Made by a program: the position numbers and the translations under genes. A DNA stretch of 64,000 nucleotides. It comes from a virus (Duplodnaviria; Caudoviricetes). Location: positions 7,107 through 71,106 of IMG/VR virus record IMGVR_UViG_3300020045_001617; one strand, 5' to 3'. The notes under the pieces were generated by a model that was given only the letters and a program-made list of their open reading frames with translations, searched no databases and was not told the DNA's origin. Position 1 is the first letter of the stretch. Each line of letters begins with the position of its first letter. Shown piece by piece: positions 47,107-55,904 of the stretch.

Positions 47107-47279
47107 CGCTTGCGTCCTTTGCTTTGAGTGAGGCGCGTTCGATCCGATCGATCCTCGGCTTCATTCTCCGCGTCGATGCGGCTCCAGCCCTTCATGCGGA
47201 GGCCATGGATGATGCTTTCGCGCAACGTCACATGCCCCGGCTGCGCTGCTTCGATGCGGGCGATTAGGTCACTGGTCAT
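47103..47279 (-). CDS. Hypothetical protein (58 aa; not in ORF track)
   Basis: MTSDLIARIEAAQ...; TGA overlaps the ATG of lar. Confidence 0.5.
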   Translation of the reverse strand: MTSDLIARIEAAQPGHVTLRESIIHGLRMKGWSRIDAENEAEDRSDRTRLTQSKGRKR

Positions 47280-47499
47280 GGTTGGGGCTTTCGGGTTTGT
47301 AGGCGATGATGTGCTGAAAATCGTAACGATAGCGATGATCCCAAAAGTTTCCCGGCGTCACCCAAAACCGGGCTTTTTGTCCTGACTTCGCATGACCATC
47401 TCTGAACAAAACACTAGGCATGCTGTCGAGAGACACCGGACACCGCTTGCCATCATGCTCAATCCACCCATCGGCGATCATTTCAGGTGTCAGTGACAT
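47269..47499 (-). CDS. Hypothetical phage protein (W..HDG..CPV domain)
   Basis: Same domain at the C-terminus of 54589-55314. Confidence 0.6.
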   Translation of the reverse strand: MSLTPEMIADGWIEHDGKRCPVSLDSMPSVLFRDGHAKSGQKARFWVTPGNFWDHRYRYDFQHIIAYKPESPNHDQ

Positions 47500-47773
47500 T
47501 GCGGGCCTCCAATGTGGCGGTGATGTCCTTGCGCATGCGACCAGTTGATGAGAATCCACGCTCTTCCAACTCAAAGTCCAATGCGCCCAAAGCCGCCTCC
47601 AACTCCGCAATCCGCGCCTTGTCCTGCGCCATCGCAGCGGTGATGACGGGCATAACGCGCTTGGCGATGTTGAGTGGCGCCCATTCGAGACGCTTGTCGC
47701 CCTCGTCAAAATCAAGTTCGATTATGAGGCCTTCGGTGACAGCGACTTCAATCAGGTTCAGCGTGTCGGTCAT
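47483..47773 (-). CDS. Hypothetical protein
   Basis: Coupled operon gene. Confidence 0.55.
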   Translation of the reverse strand: MTDTLNLIEVAVTEGLIIELDFDEGDKRLEWAPLNIAKRVMPVITAAMAQDKARIAELEAALGALDFELEERGFSSTGRMRKDITATLEARNVTDT

Positions 47774-48006
47774 GGCTGTTGCTCCAGTATGGCGCGGACT
47801 TGTTGGCCGAGGGGTGTGAGCCTGACGCGGGTGTCACTTGCTCCAAGTTCAATCAGGCCTTTACCATAGAGGGCGTTCAACGTGCCCACTCGCAGGACTA
47901 GGCAATATTGATCGGGATTGCCCCATACGTCATGCGACCTTGGTTGAGTTACAAGTGCTTCACGCTGCGCCTCTGTCAGCCCTTTCGCGATCTGCTCTGG
48001 CGTCAT
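47770..48006 (-). CDS. Hypothetical protein, winged-helix-like
   Basis: TLNALYGKGLIE...VRLTPLGQQVRAIL. Confidence 0.55.
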   Translation of the reverse strand: MTPEQIAKGLTEAQREALVTQPRSHDVWGNPDQYCLVLRVGTLNALYGKGLIELGASDTRVRLTPLGQQVRAILEQQP

Positions 48007-48170
48007 GGCTTGTCTCCCGTAGCGAGGGCGATGGCGGCAAGGGCGCGGTCGTAAGCGTCACCATGCACGTTGCCAGTCATCCACCCGTCACTGCCTTTGT
48101 GTTCAAGCTCCGATATGAGAGCTTCCAACGCCTCAAGCATCGCACGCTCTCTGTCTGTCAGGTTGCTCAT
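48003..48170 (-). CDS. Hypothetical protein (55 aa; not in ORF track)
   Basis: MSNLTDRERAMLEALEALI...; ATGA overlaps at both ends. Confidence 0.55.
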   Translation of the reverse strand: MSNLTDRERAMLEALEALISELEHKGSDGWMTGNVHGDAYDRALAAIALATGDKP

Positions 48171-48553
48171 TGGGGTGTGTCCTGTGGGAGGTGTTCGCCG
48201 CGCTCGATTGCGTTGGTTGCATTACGCGCGAACCATGCTGCCGTACCTAACTCGCCCATTGATCGACCTGTGATATTGCCAGCCTTCGTCCGGTTGACCC
48301 ACAAGTTCATGTTTTCCACAATGGTATCTGGATCTTGCAGCCAAGCCACGATTGCCGCACGTTCGGCTTGCACAGCGTCGAGGATGGCAGAGGCAGGGTA
48401 GAGCGGGGTTTCGGTCCAGTCTTTTGGTTCATCACCTGTGCGGACGAATGACGGGTGCAGTTCCTCCTCGCCGTTCGGTCCCCGGAAAATCCATGCGCTA
48501 GGCTTCGCAGCCCGCAGGATCGCTTCGGCGTGGTGTTCGGTCTGGTTGGTCAT
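48167..48553 (-). CDS. Hypothetical protein
   Basis: Coupled operon gene. Confidence 0.55.
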   Translation of the reverse strand: MTNQTEHHAEAILRAAKPSAWIFRGPNGEEELHPSFVRTGDEPKDWTETPLYPASAILDAVQAERAAIVAWLQDPDTIVENMNLWVNRTKAGNITGRSMGELGTAAWFARNATNAIERGEHLPQDTPQ

Positions 48554-48807
48554 GGCCGGTCCTTTGGGGTGTGGGGTGTTCGGCGGGCCTCAATCTGTGC
48601 AAGATGAGATTGCGAAACCTTACCGCCGTTGATTGTGCGGATGCCCGTAGCCTCGCAGTAATCACAGCGGCCCTTCATGCTGAAATATCCACCTCCGCAA
48701 CCAGCGGTGTAGGTTTGCAGATATTCCCCATCACCTCCGCACATGCGGCAGGTTTCGAGGTAGTCCATACCTTCGATATGATCGCAGTTTCGTTCGGTCT
48801 TATCCAT
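48550..48807 (-). CDS. DnaJ-type zinc-finger small protein
   Basis: CRMCGGDG and CDYCEATG repeats. Confidence 0.6.
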   Translation of the reverse strand: MDKTERNCDHIEGMDYLETCRMCGGDGEYLQTYTAGCGGGYFSMKGRCDYCEATGIRTINGGKVSQSHLAQIEARRTPHTPKDRP

Positions 48808-49069
48808 GACTGGCCTCGCGTGATTTGAGGGCTTGGCGGATAACTTGTTCTGCATCCACGCAGTGTGGGTGAGGTAAGTAATCTACGTATTTCGCTAGTT
48901 TACCTAAAGCCCCCACCAGATCGGCCTCGCGTGCTGCAAAGGCGAGTTGGATGGTGAGGGCGGCGGCGTTGTCGCTAATCGGGTGAGTTGCTGTGGCGCA
49001 GACAAATGTCGTCAACCACAACTCACGCGCCCACTGCTCGGGCTGCTCGGCGTGGTGTTCGTCGGTCAT
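48800..49069 (-). CDS. Hypothetical protein
   Basis: AGGGAG RBS; first gene after the promoter at ~49095-49127. Confidence 0.55.
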   Translation of the reverse strand: MTDEHHAEQPEQWARELWLTTFVCATATHPISDNAAALTIQLAFAAREADLVGALGKLAKYVDYLPHPHCVDAEQVIRQALKSREASHG

Positions 49070-49094
49070 ATCGAATCACTCCCTATGTGTTGGA

Positions 49095-49127
49095 TCAACG
49101 CTAAGTTGAAACCGTCACACCGTCAAT
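49095..49127 (-). promoter_or_regulatory. Sigma70 promoter with overlapping operator
   Basis: Minus strand TTGACG-N17-TAGCGT; TCAAC-N5-GTTGA at 49095-49109 overlaps the -10. Confidence 0.65.
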
Positions 49128-49476
49128 CGAAAATGGATTCGAACTCATCAGCAACAGGTGCAACCCGTCCCGCGAGAGCGTCTAGTATCCGATCCAGTTC
49201 GGCATCACAGCGACCTGACTTCCGGTAGGCGTCTTCCATTGCAGCGAGAGACGTTTTTCCCTTACCGTCAGCAAGGTGCCAGCTTTGCCAACCACCGTGT
49301 GTCGTCTTGGTCAGCGTGAACGCCGTAGCCTGCCCCTGCTTGATGTTGTCGAAATAGAGACCCCGCTTCCCCGCCTCCTTGTGGAAGTCCTTCCAGTGTT
49401 GCGACTTGCGCAGCAGTTCCACTTCAGGATCGGGCTTGAAAAACATCGAGTCACTGACCAGCGTTAGGGGTTTCAC
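49123..49476 (-). CDS. Hypothetical protein
   Basis: 117 aa; ends EFESIFD. Confidence 0.6.
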   Translation of the reverse strand: MKPLTLVSDSMFFKPDPEVELLRKSQHWKDFHKEAGKRGLYFDNIKQGQATAFTLTKTTHGGWQSWHLADGKGKTSLAAMEDAYRKSGRCDAELDRILDALAGRVAPVADEFESIFD

Positions 49477-50471
49477 TTAGACACCTCTGCCCGAATTGCA
49501 GGATGCGGATCGTAGTTTTCCAGCGTGAAGTCCGTCCACTCGTAACTTCCGTCAAGGATCGACTTTCCTTCGCTGTTGATGCGCAACGTGGGCGAAACCA
49601 CCGGCAGACGCTTGCACTGTTCGATGGCCTGCTCGACGTGATTGGCGTACAAATGAACATCGCCAAACGAATGCACGAAGTCACCAACTTCAAGTCCCAC
49701 CTCGGCTGCGATCAAGTGCGTCAGCAGTGCGTAGCTGGCGATATTGAAGGGTACGCCAAGGAACACGTCAGCCGAACGCTGGTAGAGTTGGCACGAAAGT
49801 CGCCCGTCACTGACGAAGAACTGGAACAGGCAGTGACACGGTGGCAGCGCCATGTCGTCAATCTCAGCCGGGTTCCACGCTGTCACGATGTGGCGGCGTG
49901 AGTGTGGATCGCTTTTTAGGGCTTCGACGACGTTGCGTATCTGGTCGATTTCTGGAAAGCCGGTTGTCGGATGATATTCACCCTGCCAACTGCGCCACTG
50001 CGCACCATAGACCGGTCCAAGTTCTCCATCGGGTGAAGACCACTCGTTCCAGATCGTCACACCGCGCCCTTGCAGGTAACGGACATTCGTTTCGCCACGA
50101 AGGAACCAGAGTAATTCGACCGCCACGGACTTCCAGTGGACCTTCTTCGTCGTCAGCAATGGGAAGCCCTTGCGCAGATTAAAGCGCATCTGGTGACCGA
50201 AGAGTCCGTAGGTTCCGCCGTTACGACCTTCACGATAGACTCCGGTACGGCGCACCGTGTCGAGCAATTCAAGATATGGATGGTCGTGGTAAATGCTGCT
50301 CGCAGTTTCCACAGGTAACAGGGCAGCCTCGGGGTAGATTTGCACAGAACCGACTTCCCTTTCGCTTTCGACATCCCAGCCCTGTTCGGTCAAGTCGGTG
50401 CTGTATTGTCCGACGATACGACCGTGCCAGTCGGAGCCGGACTTCTTCTTTACGCGGTCACCGATCTGCAT
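49473..50471 (-). CDS. thyA: Fusion: R67/DfrB-type dihydrofolate reductase domain + thymidylate synthase
   Basis: N-terminal [27 protein letters not shown]...[11 protein letters not shown]; ThyA motifs [34 protein letters not shown]. Confidence 0.92.
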   Translation of the reverse strand: MQIGDRVKKKSGSDWHGRIVGQYSTDLTEQGWDVESEREVGSVQIYPEAALLPVETASSIYHDHPYLELLDTVRRTGVYREGRNGGTYGLFGHQMRFNLRKGFPLLTTKKVHWKSVAVELLWFLRGETNVRYLQGRGVTIWNEWSSPDGELGPVYGAQWRSWQGEYHPTTGFPEIDQIRNVVEALKSDPHSRRHIVTAWNPAEIDDMALPPCHCLFQFFVSDGRLSCQLYQRSADVFLGVPFNIASYALLTHLIAAEVGLEVGDFVHSFGDVHLYANHVEQAIEQCKRLPVVSPTLRINSEGKSILDGSYEWTDFTLENYDPHPAIRAEVSK

Positions 50472-50686
50472 CAATTCTCTCCCATCCAACGAAACACGTC
50501 ACGCTGCGTCGGGTCGCGGCGGTAACTATGTGTGGTGACCATCAGGTCGCGGAACGCCTTGGTCGCGTTCGACAGCAACGTGGTCGGCAGCGGTCTTGTC
50601 AGCGTCACGTAGTCGCCGCCATCCCACTTCATATCGACGTTGTTATGTGGACCGCCGACGAGGCGGATGCGTTCGAAGTCGGTCAT
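50471..50686 (-). CDS. Hypothetical protein
   Basis: 71 aa, coupled to thyA. Confidence 0.55.
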   Translation of the reverse strand: MTDFERIRLVGGPHNNVDMKWDGGDYVTLTRPLPTTLLSNATKAFRDLMVTTHSYRRDPTQRDVFRWMGEN

Positions 50687-51090
50687 GCTTCGTCCTCCGA
50701 CCCAGCGTAATGGATGGTGGGTTCGTCCGCTTCCTCGTATCGGCTATAACCGATCATCGTACGGAAGCCCTCGTCCACCACGTACGGCGACAACCAATCT
50801 ATCAGATGCTCGATTTCACTGTCATAGTTCTTCAGGTCGCATCGCACCACGAGACACCAGTGCTTACCGATGTCGTCATATGATAATTGCTGAACCGATA
50901 CCGGCGTGAAGTAGTGGCTGCATGAATGGAACATCCAATCCCAGCGACTCGTGTCAAACAGCGGATGGTTTGGCAGAGTGGCGGGTAGGGTTCCCTGAGT
51001 TTTACCCTCGACCATGTATTGCAGAACCTCAACCACGGTGGAGTCGTTCTTGATGCGACAAGACAGAACCAATTCAGTATACATACCCAT
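50683..51090 (-). CDS. Hypothetical conserved phage protein
   Basis: MGMYTELVL...LKNYDSEIE..IDWLSPY pattern; AGGGAG RBS. Confidence 0.65.
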   Translation of the reverse strand: MGMYTELVLSCRIKNDSTVVEVLQYMVEGKTQGTLPATLPNHPLFDTSRWDWMFHSCSHYFTPVSVQQLSYDDIGKHWCLVVRCDLKNYDSEIEHLIDWLSPYVVDEGFRTMIGYSRYEEADEPTIHYAGSEDEA

Positions 51091-51115
51091 AACGAATCAC
51101 TCCCTAATCAATGTT

Positions 51116-51388
51116 TCAACCGTAACGTGAAACACGGGACATGCAAGATTTAATCGCCTGCCACGGCGACCTCCCATCGAACGCGCGTCGGAGGACATAC
51201 TGTCGCGCGATGCTGACGATTGTAAATATCGCTGTGATGGACAGACTGGTGGTCGCCGTCATCTGGATGCCGTAGAGCCGCGCGACGACGATCCACGTTA
51301 CCAGCGACACCAGAAACCCGATGGCGGTGTTGGTCAGGCTCTCGCAAAAGCTGTCGATGCGTGACTGGGTGTGTGCGGGACGGTTCAT
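51116..51388 (-). CDS. Small membrane protein
   Basis: QSRIDSFCESLTNTAIGF followed by two TM segments. Confidence 0.65.
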   Translation of the reverse strand: MNRPAHTQSRIDSFCESLTNTAIGFLVSLVTWIVVARLYGIQMTATTSLSITAIFTIVSIARQYVLRRAFDGRSPWQAIKSCMSRVSRYG

Positions 51389-51771
51389 TCCGAGTCTCCA
51401 TTATCAGGATGGAAGTACTCGTCGTTGCGCTGTCTACAAAACATTTCCGGTTGGACGAAACAGACGCTCCACTTTGCCAACCAGTTGTCGAGCAACTGCT
51501 GCAATTCCGCGTCAGCCTGCTTTACAAATTCTTCGCTGCCGTACCGCGCGGGTTCCGAATAGTCTCCGCTGAAATAATCTTCGCAGTCAAAATACTGGTC
51601 GTTAATTAGTCGCTCTGCGCTGAACGTGACGACGTGTCGTTCAGCTTCGATGACATAGCCACCATCACCGTCAAGCGCTTCAATTGCATCTTCACGGGTC
51701 TCAAACGGCCCATTGGTGAAATGTTCATCGTTGTCGCCAGACCACCACTGCCAGTTGCTCTTTACCATCAC
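51385..51771 (-). CDS. Hypothetical acidic protein
   Basis: WWSGDNDEHFTNGPFETREDAI pattern. Confidence 0.6.
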   Translation of the reverse strand: MMVKSNWQWWSGDNDEHFTNGPFETREDAIEALDGDGGYVIEAERHVVTFSAERLINDQYFDCEDYFSGDYSEPARYGSEEFVKQADAELQQLLDNWLAKWSVCFVQPEMFCRQRNDEYFHPDNGDSE

Positions 51772-51953
51772 CCCCAGCCTCCCGCTAACCAGACCAGCGC
51801 CGCCTCGCCAAGCAGCGCAGGAACATAAATCCCTGCATGGAAGCGATACGAAGGTATCATTTTACCGTGGCGCGATAGTGCGCCGATGATGCTGCCCAAC
51901 AGGAACAGCGCGAGCAAGATCCGTGCGATGCTCTGAATCATGACAGACCCCAT
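51768..51953 (-). CDS. Small membrane protein
   Basis: Two hydrophobic segments. Confidence 0.5.
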   Translation of the reverse strand: MGSVMIQSIARILLALFLLGSIIGALSRHGKMIPSYRFHAGIYVPALLGEAALVWLAGGWG

Positions 51954-52147
51954 TCGATGACGCCGCCCCAGAAGGTTGGGAGTCCGATGAACACGATGGC
52001 CGCAACGATCACTTTCATCGGGACGATCCTGTAGCCTTCTTCGACGATGGTTAGGTCGATTGCCATCAACGTCAACCAGAGACCTAGTCCGATGTAAAAT
52101 CCGATTTCCATTCTATTTCTCCGTGATTCCAAGAGACTCAGCAACAC
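51938..52147 (-). CDS. Small membrane protein (true start probably MEIGFY)
   Basis: Two TM segments. Confidence 0.5.
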   Translation of the reverse strand: MLLSLLESRRNRMEIGFYIGLGLWLTLMAIDLTIVEEGYRIVPMKVIVAAIVFIGLPTFWGGVIEWGLS

Positions 52148-52412
52148 CGACGCCCTCTTTCGTGAGCGTCCATGTCCAAGCCTTGTCGAAGGGCCGCTGG
52201 CGCAACCGCGTTACCCAGCCACGGCTGACCATCTCATTCAGGTCACGCTGCTTGTACGGCGTCCCATCGACAGTTGGTGGCAGTGTGGCAGTGACGCCGT
52301 GCTTCAGCGCTGCGACGACACCGGGCCGGTTGGCGCTGATAAACGGTGTGTCGGTGTAGGTGGGGAGGTTGGGGCTGCTCATTTGCGCCTCCATGCTGCG
52401 CGGCAGCCCCAA
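52113..52412 (-). CDS. Hypothetical protein, winged-helix-like
   Basis: LNEMVSRGWV...WTLTKEG. Confidence 0.5.
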   Translation of the reverse strand: MGLPRSMEAQMSSPNLPTYTDTPFISANRPGVVAALKHGVTATLPPTVDGTPYKQRDLNEMVSRGWVTRLRQRPFDKAWTWTLTKEGVGVAESLGITEK

Positions 52413-52567
52413 GCGGAGTACACCACCATCAGGCCGTTAAACGCAGCAACGCCGAACTCATGGGCGGTGAGACTGGCACCGATGTTGATCCCGTTGATAA
52501 CCGTCAGTCCCAGCCAGCTTTCGGGGCTTCCCAATGCCGAGACTACCCCTTTCCAGAAACCATTCAC
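52379..52567 (-). CDS. Small membrane protein
   Basis: Hydrophobic 62 aa, coupled. Confidence 0.5.
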   Translation of the reverse strand: MNGFWKGVVSALGSPESWLGLTVINGINIGASLTAHEFGVAAFNGLMVVYSAWGCRAAWRRK

Positions 52568-52749
52568 CCCTCATTCCTTTCCATATAATCTCGAATCCGT
52601 GCCCACATCTTCGGGCGCGGCACTCGGCCAAAAGTCCGCATATCCCCGACCAAGCGGGGATCGTTTGCCACGTCACGTCCGAAGCGCGTTTCAGCGATGC
52701 CGGTGCGCTTCAGGAACGTGGTGATTTCGTGCAGCGTGGTCATGGTCAC
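52564..52749 (-). CDS. Small Cro-like HTH protein
   Basis: FLKRTGIAETRFGRDVANDPRLVGDMR..RVPR pattern. Confidence 0.6.
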   Translation of the reverse strand: MTMTTLHEITTFLKRTGIAETRFGRDVANDPRLVGDMRTFGRVPRPKMWARIRDYMERNEG

Positions 52750-52850
52750 TTGGTGTCAGTGCCCCAGCGCTTCACATATTCGTCGAGCGGTGCGTAACCG
52801 GCTTCGACCAGTGCGCGATGGGTTGCCCTGTCGAGGTCTGCGAGTTTCAT
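52746..52850 (-). CDS. Small hypothetical protein (34 aa; not in ORF track)
   Basis: MKLADLDRATHRALVEAGYAPLDEYVKRWGTDTK; GAGG RBS; GTGA overlap. Confidence 0.45.
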   Translation of the reverse strand: MKLADLDRATHRALVEAGYAPLDEYVKRWGTDTK

Positions 52851-52854
52851 CGCC

Positions 52855-53067
52855 TCAAGCCCCCAGCAACTGTGCCATGCGGCGCTGTGCTTCCATGCGT
52901 CGGGCCGACACGCTGCGCCAGCCACGGGTGGGGTGCAGCACCGAGTAACTGCCGTCTTCGTGCTGCACGTAGGACTGCGTCTTGGTTTCCTTGTGGGTGG
53001 CGATTTCAGTGGCGGTCATGCTGCGCTTTGCGATGCGGCGACCCATGCGACGAACGAAACTGGACAT
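52855..53067 (-). CDS. Hypothetical basic protein
   Basis: GGAG RBS before MSSFVRR. Confidence 0.55.
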   Translation of the reverse strand: MSSFVRRMGRRIAKRSMTATEIATHKETKTQSYVQHEDGSYSVLHPTRGWRSVSARRMEAQRRMAQLLGA

Positions 53068-53080
53068 TTGGTATGCTCCC

Positions 53081-53719
53081 TTACTTGGTGCTGATCGACA
53101 CGACGAATGTCGCGCCGGAAGTGGTGGTGATTTCCATGCGGTCGCCCGCAGTGATGAGGATGCCGGTGATGTCTGCACCGACGACGGTGTGTTTCATCAC
53201 GTCTGCGAAGCCTTGCGGGACAGGCAACCCTGTGACGGTCATGGTGGGCAGATCGACGGTAGGTGTTGCGGGTTGCTCTACGCGGTTGCGGACACGGATA
53301 CCTTTGCAAGCTTGCATCCGCGCACCGTTTTCCTGCCAGTGTGCTGTACGGGTCAGTGTGTCAGTTTGGGCTTTGGTAAAATTTTTGCCGTCTACGCGAG
53401 TCAGCTGATAGTCACCATCGCTGTCAGGGCCGTACACAACCTTCACCGGAGTCCCGTCTTCCAGTTCCAGCGGCTTCGTCCAGTCGATTGGCAGCACCTC
53501 TTCTACGCAGTTGCGGACAAACCACTTATTTGAGACGCACCAGTCACGACCATCCTCGTGCCAATACTCATTGGTGGTGTCACTGGCAGGAACCTCATTC
53601 GTGAAATACATGAAGCAGTTGTATGACTCCGACCACTCGCGGCCATCGTAACTCACAGTCACAACGCGATCCGTAGCCTTTTCCACCGCCTCAATGGGCT
53701 TGCTCCAATCCACACTCAT
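53081..53719 (-). CDS. Hypothetical protein with internal tandem domain duplication
   Basis: VDWSKPIE...FVRN and IDWTKPLE...RVRN repeats. Confidence 0.6.
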   Translation of the reverse strand: MSVDWSKPIEAVEKATDRVVTVSYDGREWSESYNCFMYFTNEVPASDTTNEYWHEDGRDWCVSNKWFVRNCVEEVLPIDWTKPLELEDGTPVKVVYGPDSDGDYQLTRVDGKNFTKAQTDTLTRTAHWQENGARMQACKGIRVRNRVEQPATPTVDLPTMTVTGLPVPQGFADVMKHTVVGADITGILITAGDRMEITTTSGATFVVSISTK

Positions 53720-53765
53720 TGCGCTTGCTCCCTAGTCTCTGCGAATCAACTGACTCGCTGTGTAA

Positions 53766-53798
53766 TCAACACTAGGTTGAACCCAACAGCGCGTCAAG
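53766..53798 (-). promoter_or_regulatory. Sigma70 promoter with overlapping operator
   Basis: Minus strand TTGACG-N17-TAGTGT; TCAAC-N5-GTTGA at 53766-53780. Confidence 0.65.
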
Positions 53799-53801
53799 CG
53801 A

Positions 53802-54380
53802 TCAAAACTGCTTACCGCCCACTTTCATGCGGTTCTCGGGCTTATGATCCTCGCGGGTGCGGTTCTTCTCCCGCTTCGCCTCGATCACTTCGATCATGCT
53901 GTGCGCCCCGTAAAACGCCGACATAGCGTAGAGCGACCCGAGACACTGGAACAGTGAGTCCAGAAACACATCGCGCTTACCCTTGCGATAACCTTCCATC
54001 GCAGCGCTGACCATGTTGACCAGTAGCATCAGATCATACAGACCACCGCGTGTTAAGACCGGGAACGCTCTGTCCGCAGCAACCACTGCCTCATTGAAGT
54101 CGATGCCGCCTGCTTCACAGCCCAGCAGATCGTAGATGCGGATTGCGGCGTCTGCCAGTTCCACGTCGAACATGCGATACTGTGGCAACTTGTCATCCAG
54201 CAGGCCGCCCAGCCACCCTTCTGCGGCTTCGCTGAGTTCACTGACGATCAGCATCAGCATTTCGGGGCGGTTGCGGGTGTGGACGATAGACTCACCGGTT
54301 GCAAGGTTCGTCCACCAGCCTGCGCGGATGTTGTCGGCGTGGATCTGTTGCGCGAGTTCGGTGTGATTGATGATGGTCAT
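53802..54380 (-). CDS. MazG-like nucleoside triphosphate pyrophosphohydrolase
   Basis: LIVSELSEAAE...VELADAAIRIYD...K..KN..R.DH all-alpha NTP-PPase pattern. Confidence 0.75.
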   Translation of the reverse strand: MTIINHTELAQQIHADNIRAGWWTNLATGESIVHTRNRPEMLMLIVSELSEAAEGWLGGLLDDKLPQYRMFDVELADAAIRIYDLLGCEAGGIDFNEAVVAADRAFPVLTRGGLYDLMLLVNMVSAAMEGYRKGKRDVFLDSLFQCLGSLYAMSAFYGAHSMIEVIEAKREKNRTREDHKPENRMKVGGKQF

Positions 54381-54592
54381 ACGTGGAATCCCTTGAATTG
54401 AACGGTGTGACAGTCGTCATAACTGTTGCTCTGAAGCAGGCGGAACGGAAACGCGCGAGGCACTACCGCAGACGGGCGACCGTTGATCTTGTTGTCGTGC
54501 AACAGATTGACCAGAGCGTCGAGCAACGTCGTCTTCCCGCTGCCTTGCGGGCCAGAAACGGTGATGGTTACGGTGAGGGGTTCAGGTGTCAC
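54377..54592 (-). CDS. 71-aa protein with a Walker A motif
   Basis: GTG start; VSGPQGSGKTTLL. Confidence 0.5.
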   Translation of the reverse strand: MTPEPLTVTITVSGPQGSGKTTLLDALVNLLHDNKINGRPSAVVPRAFPFRLLQSNSYDDCHTVQFKGFHV

Positions 54593-55314
54593 GCTGCTTC
54601 TCCGATGATCTTGAAGCGGACAATATGGTCGTCGGTCCGGCAGTTTTGGTAAGCCCACCAGTCCGCTCTGCCCACTTCCGTGGGGCCGAAACCGCTAGCC
54701 GCCTCGCCATCGGTGTCCTGATACCCGTCGCGGGTTTGAATATGGACCTTGGTATCCGGCTCAACGGGACACGGCCCGCCGTTCCAGTTGTACCATTTGC
54801 CGACTTCGAATACCGCTCGGTAGTCAGTGTCAATAGAACAAACGCGGCTACCCATCTTCCAGAGTACAGAGTTGACTTCCAAGGTGCGCGACGAGCGCAT
54901 CTGATATAGCCATCCAATTGGGAAATTTGGCGTAAGTTCATCGGTGGGCGTGACCCACGGGCCGAAGACGTACTGCGGCTTCTCGACCACCGGCATATCT
55001 GATGGTGCAATCAGTTCCTTCAGGTGTGCTTTCTGCTTGTCGAGGATGAACTGTACCAGTTCCCGATAACTGTCGTTGACATCACTGGTATCCAACCACT
55101 CAGCCACCAGTTTCTCAGCCTCGGATTTCTCCGGGGGATGAAGCAACGCCGCCAAGATGTCCATCGGATGCGTGGTGTAGGTCCACGTTTCGACGAGTTC
55201 GCCGGGACCGGGATGATAGGGCCGCCGCTTCCAATCGCGACGGTATTCCCCGCTACCCTTCAGCGCTTCAATACAGCGCTGCACAGTTGCGGCGTCGATG
55301 GGTGTCTCAGTCAC
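54589..55314 (-). CDS. Hypothetical multi-domain protein; N-terminus duplicated at 63828
   Basis: GTG start; C-terminal WNGGPCPV domain; paralog at the window end. Confidence 0.65.
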   Translation of the reverse strand: MTETPIDAATVQRCIEALKGSGEYRRDWKRRPYHPGPGELVETWTYTTHPMDILAALLHPPEKSEAEKLVAEWLDTSDVNDSYRELVQFILDKQKAHLKELIAPSDMPVVEKPQYVFGPWVTPTDELTPNFPIGWLYQMRSSRTLEVNSVLWKMGSRVCSIDTDYRAVFEVGKWYNWNGGPCPVEPDTKVHIQTRDGYQDTDGEAASGFGPTEVGRADWWAYQNCRTDDHIVRFKIIGEAA

Positions 55315-55345
55315 GGGCGATTTCCTTTTTGTATTGAGCGACTGC
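55142..55345. repeat. Inverted repeat arm A (left); partner 63797-64000+
   Basis: Reverse-complement near-identity with scattered substitutions. Confidence 0.9.
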
Positions 55346-55597
55346 GCGGGTGAGGGCGGCATTGTCTGAAATTTCTCCAGTTTTGTAGCCGTAAAATTGC
55401 GCAATAATCCGCTTCACCGCCTCAACATCAGGATCAACTGGCGGCTTGATTGGTGGGGCGATCAGGGCATCGCATAGGGCCTTGAATGATCCAAAATACG
55501 TTTCTCGTAGAACTTCCGGCTTGAGTTGACCCCACCCTGCCAGCTTCGCCGCTTCAATCAGCACCCAATCGGCTGGCATTGTCCCGTTAGTAGTCAC
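55307..55597 (-). CDS. Hypothetical protein, paralog of 63536-63835
   Basis: Shared DWVLIEAAK, PPVDPDVEAVKRI and RAVAQYKKEIARD. Confidence 0.7.
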   Translation of the reverse strand: MTTNGTMPADWVLIEAAKLAGWGQLKPEVLRETYFGSFKALCDALIAPPIKPPVDPDVEAVKRIIAQFYGYKTGEISDNAALTRAVAQYKKEIARD

Positions 55598-55821
55598 GCC
55601 ACTTCTCCCACCATCTCACGCTCGACGCGCTCGAACACGCAGTCGGGATCGCTGTTCCACCAGCAGGCGATCACAGTGCCCTCGTCGTCGGTGATTTCGA
55701 AGTCGTAGACAGTTGGTATCACTGACGGTGTGACTTCATATTCGCGGCCCACTGTGTAGGTGCCGAACATTGGCGCGTCGTCCAGAAGCGCGATTACGAG
55801 TGCGTATGTTTTCGTGGTCAC
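55594..55821 (-). CDS. Hypothetical protein (75 aa), near-identical paralog of 62998-63225
   Basis: GTG start after GGGAGCAACACA. Confidence 0.75.
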   Translation of the reverse strand: MTTKTYALVIALLDDAPMFGTYTVGREYEVTPSVIPTVYDFEITDDEGTVIACWWNSDPDCVFERVEREMVGEVA

Positions 55822-55864
55822 TGTGTTGCTCCCTAATGCCCCAACCGGGGGTCTGTGATTCACT

Positions 55865-55904
55865 TCCTAAGCGAGTCGGTGTTGGGTTGTCAACCGTGTG
55901 TTGA
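55865..55904 (-). promoter_or_regulatory. Triplicated early promoter (TTGACA) with operator and GANTC site
   Basis: TCAACACACGGTTGACAACCCAACACCGA(C/T)TCGC; other copies at 62049 and 62595. Confidence 0.7.

Noticed and set aside
53802-54380. Z-genome (PurZ/MazZ/DatZ) or other base-modification pathway
   Set aside because: A MazG-like gene alone is insufficient; no PurZ, queuosine-pathway or glycosyltransferase genes were recognised in this window.
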